From positions 23,002,001 to 23,066,000 of the forward strand of contig CM114271.1 in the NCBI GenBank assembly GCA_050084515.1: a stretch of DNA of 64,000 nt. Reading direction: 5' to 3'. The DNA is from Blasia pusilla (lineage: Eukaryota). The notes under the pieces are model-generated. The model saw only the letters and a list, made by a program, of their open reading frames with translations, was not told the origin of the DNA and made no database searches. The position numbers and the translations under genes were made by a program. Shown piece after piece: positions 51,533-64,000 of the stretch. The first letter of the stretch is position 1, and each line of letters starts with the position of its first letter.

Positions 51533-54500
51533 TCAATCGAAATCAAGAAATCCTTCACGTCTACGGAAAATCTTGACCTTTTTTACTACAATGGGTAGCT
51601 TGAGAATTGTGCCATCTAGTTCAGGTAGTTTGTAAGTGGCATTGTCAAAAGAAAAGACTATAACATATGGACCAAACCAACGACGTGCAAACTTCTTAAT
51701 TGTACTATGCTGGTTGTCAAGGCTGTTGTCGTGCACCAAGACCCAATCTCCTTCTCTTATCGGCTCCTTCCAAAGTCGATGAGTTTTGTCGAAGCGCTCC
51801 TTATTTTTCAATTTTGCTTCCTTCATTCTGACTAACGCTTCTGCAATATCCTCTTCCCGCCGCTCGAGCTGCTGCATTCGAAGTGCTAGGAGCTCTTCCC
51901 TATTGAGCCCGTCTTCCCACGACAAACCCATCCAAGTGGGGTTATCTCCTTCTGCTGGCATTATCGGCTTTTGACCTGTCATTAACTCTGTAGGCATGAA
52001 CCCTGTAACGGTGCTGTGAGTGGTTCTATCTGCCCATAAAGCAAATGGAAGTAATCTAGGCCAATCAGCATAACGATCTCCACACGCCTTTACCAATGCT
52101 TGAATGATTGGCGGATGTCCCCTTTCGCTCTTGCCGTTTGCCTCCGGATTCATGGAGGTTGTTAATCTCAACTGGACTCCATATCTCTTGAAGAACTCTC
52201 GTGCTTCCTCCGCATTCAACTCACCTCTATCTGCACGGATTCTCCCGACACTCCCATATCTAGCAACAATATCCTCTAGAATAAAACGACATATAGGCTC
52301 TGTTGTTTTGCCCGTAAAGCCCTCCCTTCTACAAAGTTGGACAACTCTTCTCATGCTAGGACCAGTAACGCATTCCCAAAGACCTAGTGGCATAGCAACT
52401 AGATCTATAACCCATTGATGATGAATAGACCAAGGATACGTGGGTTTAAGTCCATCTCTCACCCTGATTTTTGATTGAAACTGACATTCAACACACGACC
52501 CAACATATCTCTCAACATCCTTATATAGGCCTTTCCACCAATACCTCTCTTTTATCTTGGTGAAAGTTGCCCAAGTACCTCATGACACCTTGCCCATAAA
52601 GAATTGTGGAATTCTTTGAGCACTTGCATTTTTGTCCCATTGTCATCCACCACCCTCAAGGGCATTCCATCTTTCCTCTTTGGCCTTTTCCAAAGATATC
52701 CATCTTGTAATAGATAGCCATCGCCTTGTGCGAATCTCCTTGAAGAACTTTTCTGTCCATCCTCCATCTCTTTAGAGTGCTTAAATAGCGCCCAATTTCT
52801 TTTAACTTGCCCTCATACAAATCCTCTTTGAAGGCTAGAACATCCTCTATGCCACCTCGTTCTTGAGATAACACTTGCCACACATGTGCATCATCCTCAT
52901 CTATCTCAATTGCCTCCATATCTTCTTCTTGACTAAATCTAGCTCTAGACAACATGTCACTCTTGAGTTCTCTTTCCCTGACTATATGCTTCAATTGTGG
53001 ATTCAAGGACCTAATGTAGGCTAAGCATGGCTATATCGGAGTTGTACAATTCGCAATCATACCTAACAAAGGTAGAAAATCAACCTCAAGCAATACATAG
53101 GCTCCCATAAGATACTCCTTCTCAGCTTTCATTGCGAGTTACAACTCCCCAAAGCTCCTCTTTACGAGGGTACCTCCTCTATCGTTAAAGTAAGTGTACG
53201 AGCTCCAAACCTTGTCGCAAATCTTCTTCCTTCGCGTCATCCGCCCAAGCTTGCCCATCCGATAGCAATAGGGCTAGTGTCCCTTTGTGATGATAATAGG
53301 TCGTCGCATTAAGTAGCTCATTTGTCGTGAGAAAGGTGGCGACTTCAATGCCTCCTTCAATCGCATCATTCTTTGCTCTTTGCTTCTTCTCCCAAGTGAA
53401 CTTCTTCTTCTTTCTCAACAACTCATACAAAGGATCAGATATGTGGCCAAAATGAGGAATCCACACTGATAGAACACACAAGCTCTAAAAACCTTCTCAC
53501 TTGGTGCGTTTGCATTCTCGTATCCTCCCAATGACATCAACTTTTGCTAGATTTGGTTTTCGCCAAACTCTCCACAAAGATGACCCACTACCACGATCGA
53601 GGAACCCCAAAGCTACACTTTTCTCCGGAAAGAGTAAGATTGACCTCTTCTAGTCTTGTTAGGATCATATCCACATCTCGAATATGATCAGACACAAACT
53701 TTCTACACCCATCTTTCACAACCCTCTCAATCCTATCTTCTATTGCACACCCCTTTATAGGGATATCATCTACAAAAGGAATGGTTTTCTCAGGAATAAA
53801 CTCTCTCAAGATCTTATTCATTGCACTCTGCATGTGAGCGATGAATTTGTTGCTCCTTGAGGTAATGTGCACATTCTTACAAGCCCAAGTGGACGCATAG
53901 TGGTAATATCTCTACTCTCTGTAGCTAATTGGAATTGATCATATCCTGAGTGCAAATCTCCTATAGAATAGATAGCACGGGCTGCAAAGGCTTCTGCGAC
54001 TTCATCTATTCTAGGCCCCGCTCCCATATTTCGAATGGTTACCTTATTTGCCGGTTGCATGTCTTGAATGAACCGGAGAGCTCCTGATTTCTTTGGCACA
54101 GTGAACCATCGACTCGAGTAAGGCCCCATAGATGGCTCTAAGATACCCATCTGCATCTTCTCCTTCAATAACTCAATCAACTTGGGAATCATAGCTCGTG
54201 AACTGGTATGGGTTTCAAATCCCAAGGCACATGTGGGCTGTGAAAATTACCATCGGTGCCACCACACTCGTGTCTACACAACCAATTTCTTGTGTAGTAA
54301 AAGAGAAAGCCTTACCATGTCTCCTTAACATCTCCAAAGCATTTTCTTTCAATTTTACGTGAGAAACTCATCCCCTCCGATTTTAGCGATCTAGCGTCTC
54401 CATGAACTTGTGTCCTATCTTCTTGACATCCCCAAACTTGGCTCCATTGATGCACGTTCTACTTGTCTCCCACAAACCTCTAGTAGTTGAGTAGCCATTG

Positions 54501-57240
54501 GTTTCACCTTCCAGCCACTTTGTCTTGTATTTTGTGTGCACTTGTGCCTCCATGGGATGTTAAAGACTCAAACCCGTGCCCATCCGCTTCCTTCTCCGTA
54601 GATTCATATTCATTTCCTCCTTCCATGAACCTCGATATCTCTTCATGCAACTCGAGTGAATTGTAATCACACTTGTATCCATAATCGGTGTTCATTTGGG
54701 TAAATACCTCTTCAAGACTATCTCCAAAACCCTCTTCTTCGTACATCCCACTAATGAACTCTTCATCTAATAGAACACCCTCACATTTTAACAAACCCTC
54801 CTTTTTTTTCATAAAACGTCTTTTCTTTTCATTCATTTCTTTCATCATTTGGAATCTACTAGACCACGAAGAAAAACATTGAGAAAACCCACACCTAAAC
54901 ATATATGATTCTTCCCCCTCTACTAGCGGAAGACTCTTTCTTTTCTCTGCACCCCCATATTCCCGCTCTATAGGAGTGCTAACTAAAAATCCGAAAACTC
55001 TTTCTCTACCTTCATAGGACCATCTCTCAACTTCTCTCTATTCCTTTCATGACTACCAAATGCAGTATGGAATTGAACCGATCTTGTTCCATCCGACTTC
55101 TAATACGGGCAAAATGAGACCCATCATCCATGACTTTGGTCTCCATTCTAGATCTTTGTGATGTAAGGTTGCCCAAGAATCACAGGGATAAGCATGCTCC
55201 ATTCGAACAAAGAAATTTTGCTCAATCAACACATCTCCGATCTGAGTTTTGACGGATGGACAAGCACCATAGAGTTCACCTTTTTGGTTGTTAGTCGCTC
55301 GAGTACCCATCCATGCCCTGTATCAATTGGCCACATCCCTTTATCGTACACACTTCGCGACATGATGTTGATCTCCGAACCATGATCAACGAGCCCGACT
55401 CTTGAAGAGAGCCAAGTCGAACTCTAGCCTCCGTCGTTGCACACGCCCAATATGATCGAGAATAGTGTCCACCATTATGCCTTTCTTCACGTTCTGCTCA
55501 AGGCTTCTCCTACTCTCGCCTCTTTTCCTCGTAAGTCAAGCTTTTGTCCAAACACTTGGCAAAGCTCTTCATCTTCTTCTTCCGTGATGTCGGTATCCAA
55601 AGCTCTCACCATCACCATATCTCCATGTCATCGCCTCTTCCTTTTGATCACATCTATGATCAACTCATGAAAGTCACGTTTGGCTATGCCCAAGACTTCC
55701 CTCAAAGAAAACTCTATTTTGCATCCAAAATCCTCTCCTCAAGAATCTCCTTTAAATTTGTGCTTGTCTCGATATCGGGGCTAAGCTTGTATGTAGGAGT
55801 CTTACCCTTGGTCTTCGAGGAGACCTCAATTCGTTCTCCTTTGTCCTGCTTCTTTGACATGAGAATCCCTCACAGATTCAAATGTGGAAGGTCCTTCTTC
55901 TCTTGATGTCTCGCCTCCGGTTGTCCTTTTCTTCTTAAGATCCTTGCTCTTCTTGCGGCTTCCTCAAAGATCAACACCATCATTGTCGCGTCTCCTCTTC
56001 TCCTCCACACTAGCATCTTGCCAACTCACATGTTTCTCTTGTGCTAGGTATGCTTTAACACACCCACTTCCATGGATCATCCCATCCAAATCGGATGACG
56101 GATAGTCTCGCCCCTCGTATCATAACTTCTCGAGGAAATTCTAATGATTCACTTTTAGCTCAGATACAATAGGGCTGCAATTTTTACTACAAAGGTGTCG
56201 AGAATCTAATGTTGTAGTGGCAACTCCTACTTGACTTCTCACTAATCCTTTCATACCTCCTCTACCAAAGTTGGTATTCAACGGCATAGTCTGGTCGAAT
56301 GAATCTTCCCATCTTTGAAGTTTACTATTCCATTTCTAAGAGCTTCTGAAAATTCCTCACATTCTCGACGTTGATGCTCAACACTATCACACCATATACA
56401 TCTTCTCACAAAGTTCTTACTTGTTGAAGGAGCACCAACACTAGGATTCCTATCAAGTTTAAGCTCACCATTTCTACTCTCAACTCTCTCAAACCTTTCA
56501 CCAACTCATCAATGGTAGAATCTTCAAGCTTTTTGGCATGGGCTTAGGCAATGGATTTGAAATTGGTACCTCCGACTTGTATCTTGTGGTTCTACCTCTA
56601 CTTCGACTTTGCTTTGTGAGGATATGACTTCTTCCACTTTCTTCCAATTAGTCTTGACACCTCCTTCTTCATTCTTGTCCGCCAACATTATGAAAAGCTT
56701 GTCCTCCAAATTCTCATCTGTCGCCTCAAGGAATAACTCCGTTTTCCTCAAGTCTAGAGTTGCCCTTTCGGAAGGAGAAAGCTGAAAATCGCTTCTCAAA
56801 CTCACGCAACAACTTATTTGAGTCATTCCCTTCCTCGGACGTTGCTCTATCCATTCTAGAAAACTCCTCTTAGTCACCCGATCCACATCATCATCGAAGA
56901 ATTCTCCTTTAGCAATGTCGTACTCCTCCCATGAGGTTGGATTTTCGCTCTCAACTTCTTTACTTGACTACGGATCTCTGGTATTCTGCCTAACTCAAAA
57001 CTTGACACCATATCACCTTCGGGTACACGATTTACCTCCATCTCACAGAACTCTCGAACATACTTTGCCGATGTTCCCTGCCATCAAATCTCCCCAACTT
57101 CTTCACAATCGCTGGAGAGCCCTTGTTGATCTTTGCTCTCCGATGAACTCCTCCTTGTTGGCTCAACAATGTTGTCAAAGTTCGAGAAGATCCCGAGCTC
57201 CCTCAGTTCCCATTGATGAAGTACTCTCAAAAGTAGTCAT
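51533..57240 (-). pseudogene. gag-pol of the nested element (gag, protease, RT, RNase H, integrase), broken by many small frameshifts
   Basis: YSSRWFTVPKKSGALRFIQDMQPANKVTIRN; DLHSGYDQFQLA; LPQGATNS; IPFVDDIPIKG; integrase ADRGE...NPEANGKSERGH...LPFALWADRTT...RWFGPY. Confidence 0.93.
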
Positions 57241-57286
57241 CTTGATAAGACTCCAACTTGCAAACACAAACTACCGCCTCAAAGAT

Positions 57287-57304
57287 CTCTGAGTGGAAGC
57301 ACCA
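57287..57304 (-). promoter_or_regulatory. Primer-binding site downstream of the 5' LTR
   Basis: TGGTGCTTCCACTC, 2 nt after the LTR end. Confidence 0.8.
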
Positions 57305-57306
57305 TT

Positions 57307-58583
57307 TGTCGTGTCGAAAATCTTTCTTCGAGCAAGGCGTGCCTTCTAGTCAGTGTAGATGCGGTCGATGCAAGGTGAACTCTCTAATAAGTTCTCCTTT
57401 TTCAATACAAAATTATGATGTACACTCTCCATTCTCTCTCACCAGGTATCACAAATGGAAGTGCCGAGGCGATCACTTCTTCGTAACATCGGACCCCGAA
57501 ATTCCTAACTATAAAATCCTATAAACTATTTTACGTTTGTACACGAGGAAGATAGCACAACTAGTGTTAAACCCTACTTGACGAGGCCTATTGACATCCA
57601 TGGATCGCTATATAAGGACATACAAAGTACAATCCCATGTCCTTCCATATGTGACGATAGGAAGAATCACCGGAGTTGGAGATTGCATGACCTGGTTCAT
57701 GAATGCCTCCCAAAGTGATAAACTAAATAGCGAAAGTGAACCAATGCCTATCTACAAAGAGTATCTTGACATGGTAAGGATTGAGGAAAGGAAAGTCGGG
57801 CCTGGCACGTGCTCCACCCCTATTCATGCTTGATGAGACATTCTCTACTCTCCTCAAGAATGGGTTTTGCGGAGTTATTCTCCCAAGAGGGGTAATCCAC
57901 TCTCATTGGGAAAGTAACAAGCCAAAACATCCGCTATTTTAGTATGACTAAACTCCTCTCGGTGACAAACCTCTCATCCCCACACACACACACATACACC
58001 ACACTCTAGAAACCTCTCGAAGAATAGACCATGATCAAGTTACTCTCCCAAGAGGGGTGATCCACTCTCATTGGAAGAGCAAGCAATCCCAAAGCCATAC
58101 ACTCAAGAGAGACACGAGAGACTCAAGATGTGGAATAGAAGGTGATGAACCCTTGAAGGTCCCTCCTCTTTATATACTCACAAGGGATCCACAAGAGTAT
58201 GAAATAGAGCTTATCTTATCTTGTGCCACATGGCTTCCTCTCAAGGCTTAGCCAATCACATTTTGACACAAGTAGATTTCCTCTTATCTCTTCCAAAATA
58301 TCCTCTTTTACCCACATGATATTTTCCAAATTACCCCAACTAACCTAGCCACCAACCAAGACTACTTTTGCTTTTCATTAAAGCAACTACTTTACTTTTA
58401 TAAAGTCATCTTTTATTTATTACCTCCTTTTCCTAAAGTTGGGCCCGCATAAAAGAGGCACCATAAAGAGGTTTAAACATAAGAATCTCCTTTTTCTAAG
58501 CCAATTTACTTAATACTAATGAAACTCTATCTAACACTTAATGACGAAGGAGTTTACACACTGGTTGATTTTACTATACGACA
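57307..58583 (-). repeat. 5' LTR (1277 bp) of the nested element
   Basis: TGTCGT...ACGACA termini; near-identical to 50163-51439. Confidence 0.96.
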
Positions 58584-60542
58584 CCGTAGCCAAGCACTCA
58601 TCCTCATACAAGCTATACTTGGCTTCTGTAGCGTTGTTTGAGCAAGTAGCGTAAGCCACCACCAACTCTCTACCATCATTGTCATGTTGGGTGAGCACGG
58701 CTCCAAGCCCCAACATGCTCCAATCGATATGCAACTAAAAAGGACGCCCCCTGATCGGTCTCCTCATATGGGCGCCGACGTCAATCTGTCCTTGAGCAGT
58801 TGAAATGCTCTCTCCTACTCAATCCCCCCAGTGCCACTCTTGATCCACCTTGGTCAGCAAGGTTAGCGGCTTCGCAATCGAACTGAAATCCTTGACGTAC
58901 CGTTGATAGAAGTTCGCCAATCCCATGAATGCACAAACTCAACTCATATCTGTAGGGCATGGAATGCGTGAAATAGCCTCCGTGAAATAGCCTCTATCTT
59001 CATCTACTGCACACCAAGGCCCTCTGGGTATATCGTATAACCTAAGTACTCAATCAACTTGCATTTGCCTGGATGTAACTTCAGCCCATGTAACTGAAAT
59101 CGTTGGAGCACCTCCTCTAGATGTCGCTTATGCTTCTCAAGTGTGGGCTAAAGACTATGATGTCATCAATAGAACACCTAGCAAAATCCGGACATGCCAA
59201 GATCCTATCTATGACCCTCTGAAACTCAATCGTGGCATTCTTTAATCCAAGTGGTATGAACCGCCACTGGTACAAACAATCCTTCTCGTGAGGATTGATA
59301 CCCCAATATGCCATCTTCTGCTTGTCTTCCAATTTGATAGGCAGTTTGTTGGTATTCGGCTCGCAAATCCAATGAACTAAAGACCTTTGCATGCCCAATT
59401 GCATCAAAGATATCCTCAAGGATGGGCATGGCATACCTATTGGACTTCGTTTGCCAATTGATAGGTCGGTAATCTCCACACATCCGCCTATCCATCCACT
59501 TGCCATGTGCATTCTTCTTGGCGGGCATAACAGTGGCAGATGCATACTCTCCATGCGACATCTCCACTAGTCTTACTCCAACCAAGTCTTGGATCCTAAT
59601 CTAAATCAGAGCCCTCTCTATGTCACTATACTTGTAGGGTTGTCGAAGATTGGCATGTCACTCGACAAATTAATGCGGATCCTTGGATCCTTTGGCGTAT
59701 CCAAATCCTGCATGCTAAATGCAAAACAACTCCTATAACTCCTCAAGAATTGATGTATCAGGTGCCGTTCTTCTCCTGTCAACTTAGGATCTATATCTGG
59801 CTCCCAAGTCTCCAGTCTGGTTCTTGACTAGGGTAGGACTATTTGGCGTAGGTGTAGGTGGTTGCTATGGTACAACCTCGTCTCGAACAACAGAACTCAA
59901 CTACTCTCCTCCAACCAGCTGCAAAATCTGATATCCATGTGCAGTACTCGGAACCTCGCTTGATGCTATGGCTACCATCTCTTGCCATACGTGCAAAACC
60001 TCCGACGAAGTCCAAGGGTGTCTCTCCCGATCATCTTCAGATCTTGCCCCTAGCCACTGCCTCAACCATCTCGGTAGGCATGGGGCTCACCAACGCAACA
60101 GTTGTGATCCGTCGCATCCTCAAACGACGCTGCTCAGATACTCCTAAGCTAAAATCCATGTCAAGCAGTTCAGGTCCATCGCCTGATCCAAGATATGATG
60201 TCGTGATGCTTGTGATAGTGTCGGTACTACCGTCACTCATGTGGGGAATCCCATCGCTTGCTCTCGCTCATCGGCGTTGGGTTCCACCAACCTCTATACC
60301 TGGTCATCCCAAACCAAGCCAGATCCGGCCTCCTCGAATGTGTAGGAAGTAGGAAAACTTGCAAATGTGGGAAAGGCTACCAATGGCATGCCAATTCTAT
60401 TGACCACAGTCAACAATGGTCCATCATTGTGATATAATGTCTATGATTGACAATTGGATCCAAAATAGAATCCACCAACAAATCGAAGGGCGCTCCACTC
60501 TCGCATATGCCCTCAGCAACATCTCATGTGGTATCACATTTT

Positions 60543-61644
60543 AGGTATCACAAATAGAAGTGCCGAGGCGGTCATTTTTTCATAACATCGGACCCCGAAA
60601 TTCCTAACTATAAAATCCCCATAAACTACTTTATGCTTGTAAACGAGAAAGATAGCACAATTAGTGTTAAACCCTACTTGTGCAAGCCTATTGGCATCCA
60701 TAGATTGTTATATAAGGACATACAAAGTACAATCCCATGTCCTTCCATATGTGACGATAGGAAGAATCACCGGAGTTGGAGATTGCATGACTTGGTTCAT
60801 GAACGCCTCCCCAAAATGATAAATTAAATAGCGAGTGAACCAGTGCCTATCTACAAAGAGTACCTTGATATAGTAAGGATTAAGAAAAGGAAAGTCGGGT
60901 ACAACTCGTGCTCCACCCCTATCCATGCTTGACAGACATTCTCTACTCTCCTCAAGAATGGGCTTTGGCGGAATTATTCTCCCAAGAGGAATAATCCACT
61001 CTCATTGGGAAAATAGCAAGCCAAGATATTCACTATTCTAGTATAACTAAACTCATCTAAGGTGACAAGCCTCTCATCTCCACACACACACCACACTCTA
61101 GAAACCTCTCGAAGAATGGACCACGGTTAAGTTACTCTCTGAAGAGGGGTAATCCACTCTCATTGGAAGAGCAAGCAATCCCAAAGCCATACATTCAAGA
61201 GTGACACGAGAGACTCAAGATGTGGAATAGAAGGTGATGAACCCTTGAAGGTCCCTCCTCTTTAAATACTCACAAGGAATCCACAAGAGTATGAAATAGA
61301 GCTAATCTTATCTTGTGCCACATGGCTACCTCTTAAGGCTTAGCCAATCACATTTTGACACAAGTAGATTTCCTCTTATCTCTTCCAAAATATCTTCTTT
61401 TACTCACTTGATAGTTTCTAAATTACCCAAACTAACCTAGCACCAACCAAGACTACTTTTGCTTTTATAAAGTCATATTTTATTACCTCTTTTCCTAAAG
61501 TTGGGCCGCATAAAAGAGGCACCATAATGAGATTTAAAGATGGGAATTTCTTTTTTTTAAGCTAATTTACTTCATACTAATAAAATTCTATCTAACACTT
61601 AATGATGAAGGAATTTACACACTGACTGATTTTACTATACGACA
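60543..61644 (-). mobile_element. Truncated solo LTR of the same family, inserted independently in the host element
   Basis: Colinear with the 1277-bp LTR from AGGTATCACAAAT to TACTATACGACA; lacks ~135 bp at the left end, so no TSD can be scored; more diverged than the other copies. Confidence 0.92.
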
Positions 61645-63047
61645 ACGGACTGATGCGACGACCATGACTCTCCTCTCCATAGCAATGTCAAGAATGGGAG
61701 TATCCTCTGCATGGACATGTGCCTCAATCAAATCACTAGGCCAAGTGATGGTATAGTTAAATGCTCCTAAGATCACCATGTCTCTTGGCTGTCGCTCGAT
61801 CACTCCACCCGTTAATCAAACGGATAATGAAAAAATTTGTCCATCACCGGAGTGCCATCCTCGTTTGTAGGACGCTGAATCCTCCCAATAATCCAAGGAA
61901 AACCCCATCGGGTACAACATTGCTCCACCAACCAAGATGTCATAGGACTTTACATCGATCACTATCACCTTGGCTCGTACCATCGACTCATCTATTGGAT
62001 GTCTGGGGCGAATCCTCACCACGATCTTATATAGTTTGATATACTATGTGGTATTCGCTCCACGCAAGGATATCTATATCCGGAATGGACAACGCTCCAT
62101 ATCGACTCTTGTCAAGCCCAATCCTTTGAATGACGGTTCCCCAACATCAGGGGTTGCGCTCTTGAATCCAACAAGACGCGCTGCAGACTAAAAGCTCTTC
62201 CTCCGAGACTCACCAATTGGAAGACCTCTCCCTCGTTATCCACCAACACAACACCAAGAGAAGCCATGGCACGCTCTATGGCGGGTCTAGCAAGCATCTC
62301 TGCCATCCTAGCAACCGTAGCGTGCCATGAATATGACGTGGACGGCCCGAGCATCCGCTCCAAGGGCAGGTCCATCACCTCCTTTGCAGTCACCTATGAA
62401 CGTGATGTAGGAACTCCAACTCCACACGGGGGCTAGTATTCTGGCAGGAGAGAGTAAGAGAGGAGAGGAAGAGAGGAAGAGAGGAGAGTCTCTCTTAAAA
62501 AAAAAGGGCCAAATCCGCCTCCTCTCTTCAAAACTTTTTGACATATTTGAAATTTTTGTTTGCTTTCAAATTCAGGAAATCTTTAGAAGAGAGTATTTAG
62601 TGGTCCACATTTGGCCCTAAAAACCTCCTCTTTCTGGGGCGAAAAAAAAGGAGACATCATAAGACCACCCTAAACATTTTTCCATCACTCTCCATGTGAG
62701 CCTAAGTTTCTTAACATTCCCTATCTCGGTCAACAAAAATCAGTGCCCTTGGTATTTTTGTTGGAGGACCACCCGGATGCCACCCTCTCTTTTTGCAAGG
62801 ATTGTTGCCTGCATCATGGCCTCCCCTAAATTGCCCCATAACCAACTTTCTGTTGGTTATGAATGGTGTCTGCTCAAGACCAACTTTGTGAAATGTGAAC
62901 ACATCAGATCCTAAGGCTGAGAAACCGAGAAGCTGCACCCCTCCCAACCTGTAAGAAAGCTCACTATAAGAAAGGAAAGATTTTTAGAAGTGATTTTCTT
63001 CCACCCTGCACCCACGACGATCTAACAGGTTGGGAATCCGAAATGGC

Positions 63048-64000
63048 AATCCGATAGGTAGTAGGAATCCTGCACATCTTAGACAAGAAAAGAAGCCTAC
63101 AACTGGTTTGACGAATGAATGGGAACGAGCCAAAAGTCAAGAAGCCTGCCACAATATGTCAGAAGTTGGTCTCACCGGGATAGAGTCCAATCACTCAAGC
63201 AGTGAACCTGTCGGAATCCGACAAGTTTCCTGGAAATGGTAAAAAAGTTGCAGTGGACAAAAAGCAAAAAGTTGCAACACGTCGGAATCATACGGGTTGC
63301 AGAATTGTAATTCTCAGTAGCTAAAAGAACACAATCCACAAGTCCAAAAAAATATTCCAGCAAACTTTTACAAACACCATTATGGGTTGAAAAAATCTTG
63401 TCCTTTATTACCTCCGAAGGAACCTCGGAAATGTACATTTCACCTAGTCTATGATTTCTTCAGCCTCGTCATCTACAAATTTACTCCTAACTCTCCTCGG
63501 TGACAGTACCAAAGGAATGTCTTGGGATACAAGTGGCTTCTCTGGCCGATTGTAGACGGGGATCGAAAATGTTGGCGAATTCGAGAGCCTTTCCCCCTAG
63601 GTACACCATAACGGTCCCATGTAACCTGTTTCGAGTCCCACCGCCTTCATTGGCAATATACCTTGTACGCTCTGCAATGTGACATCCATCAAGTATCAAT
63701 ATCTGCTCCGTCCCCGGTAATACCATTATGCCAATCGCACAGGTAGTAGGAATCCAACACGTCTGAGAGAAGAAAAGAAGCCTACGCTTGCCTTTACGAG
63801 TTGAGGGGAAGGTGCCAAGGGAAGAAGCCCGCCAGACTGCCTCTTAAGTTGGACCAACAGGGAAAGAGTCCGATCAGGCAACCTGTCGGAATCAGACAGG
63901 TTGCCTGGAAATGGTAAAAAAGGTGCAATGGTCAAAAAGTGAAAAAGTTGCAAGCAGGAGAAAACTAACGGTTGCAGTGGTCATAAAGTGAAAAGTTGCA
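63048..64000. repeat. Diverged ~230-bp direct repeats (~63048-63280 and ~63733-63955) with AAAAAGTTGCA sub-repeats, probably part of another transposon running off the window
   Basis: AGGTAGTAGGAATCC...AAGAAAAGAAGCCTAC...AACCTGTCGGAATC.GACA.GTT.CCTGGAAATGGTAAAAAAG in both copies. Confidence 0.75.

Larger units (their letters stand above)
47619..58583 (-). mobile_element. Nested tandem Ty3/gypsy insertion with three LTRs (LTR-gag-pol-LTR-gag/partial protease-partial LTR), flanked by 4-bp TSD CCGT
   Basis: Termini TGTCGT (47619) and ACGACA (58583); CCGT at 47615-47618 and 58584-58587. Removing the insert and one CCGT restores the host RNase H frame ECLATVWVVAH. Confidence 0.93.
45467..62400 (-). 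mobile_element. Older, decayed host Ty3/gypsy retrotransposon split by later insertions: protease region ~62200-61645, RT ~59700-58860, RNase H 58800-58584 plus 47618-47420, integrase ~47000-46050
   Basis: VLLDSRAQPLMLG; RMCGDYRPIN..TKSNRYAMP..EDIFDAIGHAKVFSSLDLR; PLGLKNATIEFQRVIDR; SIDDIIVFS; DWSMLGLGAVLTQ; ECLATV|WVVAH..CYLF...TNHQPLKWLM; YVLVLVEHISKWIELVA. The left boundary (TGTCGTGCGC at 45467) and right boundary are approximate, and no LTR pair was found. Confidence 0.88.

Overview
Eukaryotic nuclear DNA from a land plant, most likely a non-seed plant such as a liverwort or moss (inferred from gene content, GT-AG intron style and transposon types; the species cannot be fixed from sequence alone). 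Four spliced host genes lie on the minus strand, and I traced their exons by hand with consistent phases: a sphingosine/long-chain-base kinase (5' part only, 1-1422), thylakoid-lumen PsbP-domain protein PPD5 (7280-12519, 11 exons, ~329 aa), the m6A writer subunit MTB/METTL14 (16006-22131, 6 coding exons, ~1490 aa) and a malectin-like LRR receptor kinase (34813-43344, 14 exons, ~974 aa). Two transposon-rich blocks fill the rest. The block at 23.2-34.6 kb holds a Helitron Rep/helicase fragment next to a decayed, intron-less atypical kinase and a coiled-coil/RING-like ORF, a 5'-truncated chromoviral Ty3/gypsy element, telomere-like repeats and hAT-like ends. The block at 45.4-64 kb is an older Ty3/gypsy element split by a three-LTR tandem Ty3 insertion with a 4-bp target-site duplication and by a truncated solo LTR. 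The most unusual items are the kinase/RING cargo cassette beside the Helitron relic and the chimeric three-LTR retroelement. No rRNA, tRNA or CRISPR array was recognised.
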